DNA of 63,575 bases, filler included. It is 4 parts of 4 records of this genome, joined end to end, with 100 filler letters (N's around TTAATTAATTAA, not from the genome) between each part and the next. Parts side by side here need not be neighbours in the genome. Positions count along the whole stretch, not along the records: positions 1 to 23,640 come from DRR723986_577; positions 23,741 to 33,896 come from DRR723986_580; 2 more parts are not named here. One strand, given 5' to 3'. Shown in pieces: positions 20,082 to 28,190 of this stretch (the first letter of the stretch is position 1; every line of letters starts with the position of its first letter). The notes under the pieces were generated by a model. That model searched no databases. It had not been told where the DNA came from and saw nothing but the letters and a program-made list of their open reading frames with translations. The translations under genes were made by a program, and so were the position numbers.

Positions 20082-22826
20082 ATGTCCAAATGTACCTTAT
20101 ACTTTGTGTTGTTCCTGGGCGCTTTAACGAGCGTTTGTGCACAGGACGGCCCGCCGCTGCCCGAGCAGTTGGCTCAATACGGCACCGAGTTTATTTTTAG
20201 TGTTCCGCCGTGTTATGAACAGGGTGGGGCTGACAATCAAATTGTTGTTTTCGTAAGCTCGCCATTTGAAACTCGAGTGCGCATAGAAATTCCCGGTCGC
20301 GGCATCGTTAAAACACTTTTAACCGTTCCAAACGACAACGTGTTTTTTTCACTCTCACCTGCCGAGGCCCAGCCATTTAACAAGAATCCGAACCAACCGG
20401 CTCCGCAACAAGATGTATATGCCGGGGCAGGTCTGATCTTGAGGTCCGACGCGCCGATTATGGCGACACTGATGGTGCGTTTTCAGTTCACAACCGATGG
20501 AACCACTTTGTTGCCGACATCTGTGCTGGGCAATGAATATGTAGTTGGTAGCATGGCCGACATGAGTGCGATGTACCCTGGATTCAATTTGCCGAGTGAA
20601 ACCGTGATTACGGCAATTGCCAATGACACGCAGGTGTGGTTTACCTTGGGCGGAAACGCGGAGACAGGTACCAACAACTCAATGTCACCCGGGGATACGC
20701 GAGGGTACACGCTGCAGCGCGGTGATGTGCTCGCAATCGCAACCGTGACAGCAGGCGGTGACCTGAGCGGCAGTTATGTGCGTTCCACCAAACCTGTCTC
20801 AGTGGTGTCGGGCAACCAATGTGCCAACGTTCCGATAGAAACGCGTTGGTGTGACTACATCGTTTCAAGTGAAATTCCCTTAACAAGCTGGGGGCGCAAC
20901 TATCACGTTCCGATGCCGGTATGGCGCGAAAATAATGCAATTCTCAAGGTGTTTGCGGCTGAGGGAAACACAACGGTTAAACGCAACGGTGAAGAGTTTC
21001 TACAAATAGAGACCGCCAAGGGCGGCCAGGAAGGGACTGGATACTACTCCGGTCCCGTAGCCGACGGTGAGGCTGATGTTTACACCTTTTCTGCGGACAA
21101 ACCGATTGGCATCAAATATTACAACCGCGGGCAGGAAGATGACAATATTTCAACGGATCCCTTTGCCGTGCAGCTATTACCCGTAGAGCAATATGTTACC
21201 TATATGCGTTTTCATACTCCCGGAGTTGCACAGCTTAGTTTTGCCATGAACCGCGCCGCGATTATCTATGCAGTGGACGAAGATGGTATTGTGCCGGAAG
21301 ATCTGGAATATGCGATTGTCAACAATGGCGAGTTTGAATGGCGCAGGATTCGCGATACTTTTGGCTCCACTCCAGGCGCAATTTTTCCGTCGATTGGCGA
21401 CGGGAAAACCTGGGCGCAAAAGACAATAATGCTGCCGGATCCAAGTGGAGTGTATATAATGCGCAGTGGTTCAGAACCATTTATGGTGTATCTGGATGGC
21501 GTAAATACCTATGATTCATACGGCATACATAATAGCACCGGTCTGCGCGACCTGACAAGTGATGACGAAGTGCCGCCGATCAATAAAACTACTGGTGATA
21601 CCGGCAACAGCTTTTCCGGGATTGTTCAGGATGTTGCACAGGCTGGGAGTGTTCCGGTAGGCCTGGCCCAGGTTTATGCTCTGCCGAATGCAATCAATAA
21701 CATGACATTTACGGTGCTGGACTTTATTCCCGGCACGGATGCAGAAGTACCCTGGAGCGCAGTAGTTGATGATCCGGCAATGTTTGCGTCTATAACGATT
21801 GTGATGGTTGACCGGCGCGGCAATTATGACACCTTTCAAATTGACTATGAACCGGAGATGCCGCCGATTGAAGTAGATCCGATTCTGCTGGACTTTGGTG
21901 ATTTGGTTGCGACCATGAATGCCGAGCGCGAGTTTACAATTAGTAATACAAGTTTTATTGATGCGGTTAATATCAACTCGATCAGTTTTGAGAATCAAAC
22001 TGCCGGATATGAGTTTGTTAACTTACCTGGGATTCCGCTCGAACTCCCGCCAAGAGTGGAGGGCAGCGACGCACATAGCGCAACATTCAAGCTTCGTTGG
22101 ACGGCACCAGCGCCGGGACAGTATCTGGACCGCGTGATGATTTCGGTTAATAACGATCCTGATGAGGGCTACACCCGGCTCCAGGCCCAATCGATTGAGA
22201 ATCAGTTTGTCATTCCTGACCTGGATGCGAGTAGCGTAGCAGTCGGTGAGTCAGAAGTCCGCGAAGTTTCGTTTGTTAACGGCTCCAACTTTATAGTTGA
22301 AATACTGAGCATCTCCACGCCCACGGATCCAGTCTTCAGTTTTGTTGATCCTGAAGCCGATCTGGGCGGATTACCAGTTGTCATGTCTGCAAACACGCTT
22401 GCGGAAGTACGCCTGGAGTTTTCACCGACGGAAGTGCAGCCCTATTCCGCATCATTTGATGTGACCTATCGTTTTGAGGGTGGCCTGCCGACCGTGGAAA
22501 CTGTTAACTTGACTGGTGTTGGCGTAGATCCTGTTAGCAGCGTTGACGAGGACATCATAAGCGTGTTTGGAACCGAATTGTTGGCACAACCGAATCCGGC
22601 GTCCAGCGCGGTGACGGTGAACTTTAACTTGTTAACATCCGAGCGCCTTGCGGTGCAGCTGATAGACGTGCGTGGCAATGTGGTTCAGGAGCTTCCGCAG
22701 CAGATGTTTGGCGCGGGCCGGCAGTCTGTTAAACTGGATGTTTCTGAGCTGGCAGTTGGCAATTATTATTGCCGGCTTGAGGCTGGTGGCTCAACGGCTA
22801 TATTGCCGCTTGTCATTCAGCGTTAA
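20082..22826 (+). CDS. T9SS cargo paralogue 5 (close paralogue of paralogue 4)
   Basis: GGAG RBS; signal peptide MSKCTLYFVLFLGALTSVCA. Motifs GTEFIFSVPPCYEQGGADN, DLSGSYVRSTKPV, DRRGN. CTD PNPAS...LAVGNYYCRLE. Confidence 0.82.
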   Translation: MSKCTLYFVLFLGALTSVCAQDGPPLPEQLAQYGTEFIFSVPPCYEQGGADNQIVVFVSSPFETRVRIEIPGRGIVKTLLTVPNDNVFFSLSPAEAQPFNKNPNQPAPQQDVYAGAGLILRSDAPIMATLMVRFQFTTDGTTLLPTSVLGNEYVVGSMADMSAMYPGFNLPSETVITAIANDTQVWFTLGGNAETGTNNSMSPGDTRGYTLQRGDVLAIATVTAGGDLSGSYVRSTKPVSVVSGNQCANVPIETRWCDYIVSSEIPLTSWGRNYHVPMPVWRENNAILKVFAAEGNTTVKRNGEEFLQIETAKGGQEGTGYYSGPVADGEADVYTFSADKPIGIKYYNRGQEDDNISTDPFAVQLLPVEQYVTYMRFHTPGVAQLSFAMNRAAIIYAVDEDGIVPEDLEYAIVNNGEFEWRRIRDTFGSTPGAIFPSIGDGKTWAQKTIMLPDPSGVYIMRSGSEPFMVYLDGVNTYDSYGIHNSTGLRDLTSDDEVPPINKTTGDTGNSFSGIVQDVAQAGSVPVGLAQVYALPNAINNMTFTVLDFIPGTDAEVPWSAVVDDPAMFASITIVMVDRRGNYDTFQIDYEPEMPPIEVDPILLDFGDLVATMNAEREFTISNTSFIDAVNINSISFENQTAGYEFVNLPGIPLELPPRVEGSDAHSATFKLRWTAPAPGQYLDRVMISVNNDPDEGYTRLQAQSIENQFVIPDLDASSVAVGESEVREVSFVNGSNFIVEILSISTPTDPVFSFVDPEADLGGLPVVMSANTLAEVRLEFSPTEVQPYSASFDVTYRFEGGLPTVETVNLTGVGVDPVSSVDEDIISVFGTELLAQPNPASSAVTVNFNLLTSERLAVQLIDVRGNVVQELPQQMFGAGRQSVKLDVSELAVGNYYCRLEAGGSTAILPLVIQR

Positions 22827-22879
22827 GTTAAACTGTTAAGTACATTGCCTGAGCGCGTGTAGGCGTGCACCCTTAAATC

Positions 22880-22920
22880 ATAGAGGCGTTCTGAGAATCT
22901 CGGAGCGTCTCTGTTGGTTT
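22880..22920 (+). terminator. Probable Rho-independent terminator
   Basis: ATAGAGGCGTTCTGAGA/TCTCGGAGCGTCTCTGT hairpin with G-U pairs and a T-rich tail. Confidence 0.6.
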
Positions 22921-22950
22921 TAGGGGGCGCAGAGTCTGATTATCAACTAG

Positions 22951-23556
22951 GGCCTGTTAACACTGATTCGTAAATTTGTGCATTGAATTAACAACAACAC
23001 AGTCCGCAAAGATATCGCCACATCTTCCACGTCAGCGTGGCAACGTCTAAATCAGCAATCATCAACTGCTGAGCGCTGTTTTATATGTTGCCGAGCGCGG
23101 TTGCAAATGGCGTGGGTTACAGGAATATTTCGGCAACTGGCATAGGACATACACTCGTGTCAACCGCTGGGCCAAGCACGGTGTCCGTGATCGAGCCTTT
23201 ACAGAACTGCAGAATGAACACATCATTAAAGTCAGTATTGACCGGGATGCATGCGGATGGCTATCGAGCTGACAGTGTCATTATAGGTAAAGCCTACGAT
23301 TCCAATGCTGTCATACAATTAGTCATTGATTTTGGTATGGATCCTGTCGTGCCACCAAAGAGCAACAGAACAAATCGAGACTGGTAGGACAGAGATCTGA
23401 ATAAGAAGCGCAACGAAGTTGAGAGACTCTTTCGACGCCTGAAAGGCTTCAGGTGTATTTTTTCCCGATTCGAGAAGCTTGACATCCTTATACCGGTTTT
23501 TCATCAGTTTTGCCCTCGTTGCAGACATGTTGAAAGACTGTTAGTGATAACACGCC
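22951..23556 (+). mobile_element. Degenerate, internally deleted IS5-family element (IS427-group-like) with a transposase pseudogene
   Basis: Terminal IRs GGCCTGTTAACACT / AGTGATAACACGCC (12/14 match), with CTAG on both flanks. Translation gives LPRQRGNV*ISNHQLLSAVLYVAERGCKWRGLQEYFGNWHRTYTRVNRWAK and later PVVPPKSNR...W*DRDLNKKRNEVERLFRRLKGFRCIFSRFEKLD, with in-frame stops and the central DDE region missing. Confidence 0.88.
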
Positions 23557-23640
23557 CTAGCAGGAATTAGTCTGAAGGAATTGTGAATTGTGGGGTGGAT
23601 GTTAGCTGGAAATCTCTGGGTTTGAGGCTTCAAGACAACC

Positions 23641-23740
23641 NNNNNNNNNNNNNNNNNNNNNNNNNNNNNNNNNNNNNNNNNNNNTTAATTAATTAANNNN
23701 NNNNNNNNNNNNNNNNNNNNNNNNNNNNNNNNNNNNNNNN
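23641..23740. other. Artificial contig-joining spacer
   Basis: N44-TTAATTAATTAA-N44 (stop codons in all six frames). Confidence 0.98.
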
Positions 23741-23886
23741 AGCGGATACGGGAAACCTATCTGGAGCGCGCGACGGAAATGCCCGGGCGCTACCATGTGG
23801 TAAACGCCGCCTTACCCCTCGAGCAGGTATCCGAGAGTGTATCAGCCCTCCTGACCGCATTGGCAAAACTGCCGGTTTCTGACTGA
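23741..23886 (+). CDS. tmk: Thymidylate kinase, 3' fragment (truncated by contig edge)
   Basis: RIRETYLERATEMPGRYHVVNAALPLEQVSESV matches the dTMP kinase C-terminus. Not in the ORF track. Confidence 0.75.
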
Positions 23887-23984
23887 CAGCAGACAGATCG
23901 CTGGCGAATCCCGGTGTTTTCGTGCACTTTTTGTAATGTTCTGCTTTAATTGAGGAACATTCTCGATAACGGCTTTCAGTAGTA

Positions 23985-24764
23985 ATGCTCAACGCGAAAC
24001 TTTTGAAGCTACCCACGGCTGCCCAACAGCATCACCATGAACACCACCAGATCGTGGTCGGTGTGCGCGGGCAGGCGGAGCTGAGCATTGATGGGTCCGG
24101 TGCCTGCCTCGACACCTGGAAAGCCTGTCTGGTGCCTACGGAAGCACGTCACGACTACTGTGGCGATCAGCAGAATCACGTTCTGGTCATCAATGTCGAT
24201 CCCTTTGGCGCAGCACTTTCGACACCGCTGCACTCGGACTACGACAAACTGATGCGGCTGTTTGAGAAGCCGCGTACGGTGCAGATGGATAACCGTATTC
24301 AGGGGCTGGTTCAGTTTGCTGCCGGTGAATTCGACCGTTCACCAGATAACCGGGCTCTGCATCAGCACCTCGCCGCCAGTATCCTTCATTGCATGGCCGA
24401 GCGCATCGTCGACCGGCCCCCCGTTTCCAGTAACAGAAACAGTCTTAACCCCGAGGACATCCGCCGCTATATCGTCGGCAATCTTCATCGCAAGATCACC
24501 GTCCAGGACTTGGCCGGTGTCGCATGCCTCAGTGTAAGCCGGTTTCATGAAATTTTCCGGCAGGTTACCGGTACCACACCGCATCAGTTCCTGCTACAGA
24601 CCCGACTCGATCAGGCGGTTGGGCTGCTGTCCTCGACCTCGCTTTCGGTTTCTGAAATCAGTTATCGCACCGGCTTCTCATCGCAGAGTGCGCTGACCAA
24701 CTCGCTCAGAAAACATCGGGGCATTACGCCCTCGAGGCTACAACTGAATGAACGTGTGGCCTGA
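23985..24764 (+). CDS. AraC-family transcriptional regulator (PruR-like, probably proline utilisation)
   Basis: Cupin HHHEHHQIV plus C-terminal double HTH (LSVSRFHEIF...TGFSSQSALT); lies upstream of putP. Confidence 0.88.
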   Translation: MLNAKLLKLPTAAQQHHHEHHQIVVGVRGQAELSIDGSGACLDTWKACLVPTEARHDYCGDQQNHVLVINVDPFGAALSTPLHSDYDKLMRLFEKPRTVQMDNRIQGLVQFAAGEFDRSPDNRALHQHLAASILHCMAERIVDRPPVSSNRNSLNPEDIRRYIVGNLHRKITVQDLAGVACLSVSRFHEIFRQVTGTTPHQFLLQTRLDQAVGLLSSTSLSVSEISYRTGFSSQSALTNSLRKHRGITPSRLQLNERVA

Positions 24765-24778
24765 TTCGGGCACGGATT

Positions 24779-24836
24779 CGTAGGCTTTGGCGTCAGTCCC
24801 GTAGGATTCTGCAAAATAATCGTAGGATTTTGTAAG
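24779..24836 (+). promoter_or_regulatory. Three direct repeats at 21-bp period (candidate AraC-type operator)
   Basis: CGTAGGCTTTGG (24779), CGTAGGATTCTGCAA (24800), CGTAGGATTTTGTAA (24821). Confidence 0.6.
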
Positions 24837-25076
24837 CCTCGAATCCGTAGTAATACTAATTTATATCGCCCGAGGACCGAGGCTCCGGATCTGAGCCGGT
24901 TGGTCGCAAAGATCTGGCGATCAGCTATATTCAATGAGGAATCCCGGCAAGTTGATTCTTGCTACAGGTCTGACGAATCCGAGACATACAAAAAAACGGC
25001 ACACAGTGCCGATCTTTGATCTGGTGTTGTGCCAATCGAGCGGATCTTATCCGACTCATAAAACCGGAGGAGCCAT

Positions 25077-26567
25077 ATGGCTATTGGAGTTTGGATCAGT
25101 CTATTTGCGTATTTCGCCCTGATGATCGTAATTGGCCTCTGGGCCATGCGCACATCATCAGCCACTGCTGAGGATTACATGCTGGGGGGCCGTGCCCTCA
25201 GTCCTAAAGTTGCGGCTTTGTCAGCCGGCGCATCAGACATGAGTGGCTGGTTGCTGCTGGGTTTGCCCGGCGCCCTCTACGTTACCGGTCTGGCCTCGGC
25301 CTGGATTGGTATTGGCCTGTTTGTTGGTGCTTTCATCAACTGGGTTGTGGTTGCACCCCGGCTGCGGGAGCAGACCGTGCATTATGGCAATGCGCTCACC
25401 ATCCCGGCGTTTCTGGCCAACCGGTTCCCAACCAAGGCCCTGCCTCTGCGCACAGTGTCCGCTATCGTTATCGTGCTGTTCTTCGCGGTTTATACCGCCT
25501 CTGGCCTGGTTGCCGGCGGCAAGCTGTTTGAAAGTGCCTTCGCCGGTATCTTCAACTTCGGTGGCATGAGCGACTACGCCGCTGGTATCGTGATCACCCT
25601 GGGTGTGGTTCTGGCGTATACCGTTGTCGGCGGCTTCCTTGCGGTGAGCATGACGGACTTCGTACAGGGCTGCATCATGATGCTGGCTCTGGTCATCATG
25701 CCTGCTGTGGTTCTGTTTGGCGAAGGCGGTGGTGGTTTCGCCCAGGCTTCAGAGACCCTGAACAGTGTTGATCCAACACTCCTGTCGTGGACGGAAGGGC
25801 TCACGGTGATTGGCTGGCTGTCGGCTGTTACCTGGGGGCTTGGCTACTTCGGTCAGCCGCACATTATCGTGCGTTTCATGGCTATCCGTACCGTGGGTGA
25901 GGTGGGTACCGCCCGTAACATCGGTATGTCCTGGATGGGCATCTCCCTGATTGGTGCAATCGCGCTGGGTGTGTTTGGCCGCGCCTACGCTGCACGTAAT
26001 GGCCTGGACGTTGCCGATCCGGAAACTATTTTCATCATTCTGTCGGATCTGCTGTTCCACCCGCTGATTACCGGCTTCCTGTACGCTGCGTTGCTGGCGG
26101 CAGTCATGAGTACCATCTCCAGTCAGTTGCTGGTTTCCTCCGCCTCTCTGACCGAAGATTTCTACCGTCTGTTCCTGCGTAAGGAAGCCACGGATAAAGA
26201 ATGTGTGAATGTTGGCCGTGCCTGCGTTATTGCGGTTGGTCTGGTTGCTGCGGTTATCGCTTCCGATCCCAACTCCCAGGTTCTGGGGCTGGTCAGTAAC
26301 GCCTGGGCGGGCTTCGGTGCTGCCTTTGGTCCTCTGATCATTCTGGCTCTGACCTGGCCGCGTACCAACGGTGCAGGCGCACTGGCTGGCCTGATTGTGG
26401 GTGCAGCCACCGTGATGATATGGATCTCTCTGGGCTGGAATGGCGAGTTCATGGGTGGCCCGGGTGTGTATGAGATTATCCCGGGCTTCATTGCTGCGTT
26501 TATCGCTATCGTTGTGGTGACTCTGGCCACTTCCGATGCAGGTGAGTACCAGCACATCGAGCGTTAA
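25077..26567 (+). CDS. putP: Sodium/proline symporter
   Basis: ALSAGASDMSGWLLLGLPG, WGLGYFGQPHI, AVMSTISSQLLV, AWAGFGAAFGP; GGAG RBS. Confidence 0.95.
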   Translation: MAIGVWISLFAYFALMIVIGLWAMRTSSATAEDYMLGGRALSPKVAALSAGASDMSGWLLLGLPGALYVTGLASAWIGIGLFVGAFINWVVVAPRLREQTVHYGNALTIPAFLANRFPTKALPLRTVSAIVIVLFFAVYTASGLVAGGKLFESAFAGIFNFGGMSDYAAGIVITLGVVLAYTVVGGFLAVSMTDFVQGCIMMLALVIMPAVVLFGEGGGGFAQASETLNSVDPTLLSWTEGLTVIGWLSAVTWGLGYFGQPHIIVRFMAIRTVGEVGTARNIGMSWMGISLIGAIALGVFGRAYAARNGLDVADPETIFIILSDLLFHPLITGFLYAALLAAVMSTISSQLLVSSASLTEDFYRLFLRKEATDKECVNVGRACVIAVGLVAAVIASDPNSQVLGLVSNAWAGFGAAFGPLIILALTWPRTNGAGALAGLIVGAATVMIWISLGWNGEFMGGPGVYEIIPGFIAAFIAIVVVTLATSDAGEYQHIER

Positions 26568-26599
26568 ATATTCACGCTGACTAACGTTAGTGTTCCGAT

Positions 26600-26626
26600 A
26601 AGGGCTCCCTGCGGGGAGCCCTTTTT
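26600..26626 (+). terminator. Rho-independent terminator of putP
   Basis: AAGGGCTCCC-TGCG-GGGAGCCCTTTTT. Confidence 0.9.
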
Positions 26627-26830
26627 CTTGCGCTCTCCCTCTACGGGCACACTCCTTGGCGGTGCAAGTCCTCCCGCGAGCTGGCTACGGAGAACGAAGC
26701 GGATTGGCAGCTTCATTAATTATTCTAAATCCATGTGTTCGAAAAAAGCTGGATTGCTTCTCAAGATCTGAAATTGTACCCCGTTTTAAAGCCTGCCTCG
26801 GGAATGGGGTAGGCTCCTTGTTTGTGTCGG

Positions 26831-26859
26831 TTGATTCTGAACAAAACATATCCTACGCT
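26831..26859 (+). promoter_or_regulatory. Candidate sigma70 promoter for the 26922 gene pair
   Basis: TTGATT-N17-TACGCT. Confidence 0.4.
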
Positions 26860-26921
26860 CCTCAACTTCGCCTCAGCTTGGGGCGATTACTTAATGGACT
26901 AAAACGCCAAAGGAACTGACG

Positions 26922-27473
26922 ATGACGGACCTGTCGATCTCCTCATTAGAACGCTCTTACCTCGCTCAAAAAGATCTCGAACAATTCTGGCTCAGCCGCC
27001 TTCGTAAAAAGGATCCAATTGCCCGTATAGGTTATGGTCTCTGGTGCAGCTCTGCCGACGATCTGAAACGGGAAATTCAGAGAGGTGATGCTGCCTATTG
27101 GGCACACAGAGATTTTGCCTACTGGGAACTAATGGCCCGGTCTACGGTTGTTAATATCTCCGTCGGACTACAGAGGGCAGGGGTTCAGGGATCGATAGGA
27201 GAGATGCGGGAAAAAATACGACAAGTGGGTCTGGCCGTTGCCTGGCATCATGCCCGGGCAGTGGACGCAGATTATACTGCTCAGACTGGGAACGTGGCAG
27301 GTCTTCTGAGCAGAAAGCAGATAGCAAAATACCACCACATGGCCTTCGCGGAGTTCGGCATTTCACCAGACTCCTATGGAGGCACCTGGTTCGGCGCCAT
27401 ACCCGACAGTTGGGAGTTGGAAATGTATGGAAAACTTTACTGCCACGACTGCGACCCGGTGGCTTCGAAATGA
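26922..27473 (+). CDS. Hypothetical protein resembling a stand-alone polymorphic-toxin C-terminal domain
   Basis: 183 aa with an RBS. Motif GLLSxxQIAxYHHxAFxxFGIxxxxYGGTWF and terminal CxxCD. ATGA overlap with the next gene. Confidence 0.5.
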   Translation: MTDLSISSLERSYLAQKDLEQFWLSRLRKKDPIARIGYGLWCSSADDLKREIQRGDAAYWAHRDFAYWELMARSTVVNISVGLQRAGVQGSIGEMREKIRQVGLAVAWHHARAVDADYTAQTGNVAGLLSRKQIAKYHHMAFAEFGISPDSYGGTWFGAIPDSWELEMYGKLYCHDCDPVASK

Positions 27474-28093
27474 AAATCGCCACATTTCTTCTCGTTGGCT
27501 CGATCATTTTGACGGGGTGCAGCTCTTCTACAAATAGTGTAAGTGCTGGTACGGGTAGGTTCTTGTGCATACCCGATAAACATGCTGTAACAATACCCCT
27601 ATCAGGAGGCTCTGACTCAGGCTTCGATCCAGAGGGGGGTGGCTATGGAACGAGCATTTTGATTCAGGCAGAAGAGGTGGTCCGTTTGATTCCGGGGTTT
27701 AAGGCTGAAATTGGCGTTGGTTCAAACGTCCGGTATCAGTCCCTATATGTCATGCTGTCGCCACGCTCCGAGGTAGAAAGAGATCCGCTGATAGTCCCGG
27801 CGGGGCAGACTCTGGAGGAATCAGAATCACTTGCGAGGGTGGAGTCTGACGCTTTTAATTGGCCGGTCGTCGAGCAAACTGAATCGGGGCCGATCCATTG
27901 GGGTAGTTGTGCTGACCGCTTTACCCGACCGGAGTCCTTTACCTGTATGCGAGATTTGCTTGTAGGCGATCTGGTGATGACCTACCCGATTCACCAGCAG
28001 AACCTCCACTTGTATATGGATATTGACTCCATGCTGATGGATAAAGTCAAAGAGTGGCGTTGTCCGTTGGGGAAAATCTCCATTGAGCGCTAA
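27470..28093 (+). CDS. Lipoprotein, putative immunity protein
   Basis: Lipobox MKIATFLLVGSIILTG-C; ATGA translational coupling; several additional Cys residues. Confidence 0.6.
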   Translation: MKIATFLLVGSIILTGCSSSTNSVSAGTGRFLCIPDKHAVTIPLSGGSDSGFDPEGGGYGTSILIQAEEVVRLIPGFKAEIGVGSNVRYQSLYVMLSPRSEVERDPLIVPAGQTLEESESLARVESDAFNWPVVEQTESGPIHWGSCADRFTRPESFTCMRDLLVGDLVMTYPIHQQNLHLYMDIDSMLMDKVKEWRCPLGKISIER

Positions 28094-28129
28094 CAAGGGT
28101 GATGCCTGACTAAACTCCGGCAGGAGACT

Positions 28130-28160
28130 AAAAAAACGCCAGCCCGAAGGCTGGCGTTTT
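28130..28160. terminator. Bidirectional terminator between the lipoprotein gene and acnB
   Basis: AAAAAAACGCCAGCC-CGAA-GGCTGGCGTTTT. Confidence 0.9.
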
Positions 28161-28190
28161 CAGATCAGAGGTAGGTTACCTCAGAAGATC

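Noticed and set aside
7696-22826. Possible DGR, shufflon or invertible system diversifying the paralogue array
   Set aside because: No reverse transcriptase, recombinase or near-identical nucleotide repeats; differences between paralogues 4 and 5 in the conserved blocks are largely synonymous, not adenine-specific.
23085-23528. Short ORFs of 63-100 aa
   Set aside because: They are fragments or shadows of the decayed IS5 transposase.
23685-23696. TTAATTAATTAA palindrome occurring three times in the window
   Set aside because: An assembly linker embedded in N runs, not biological.
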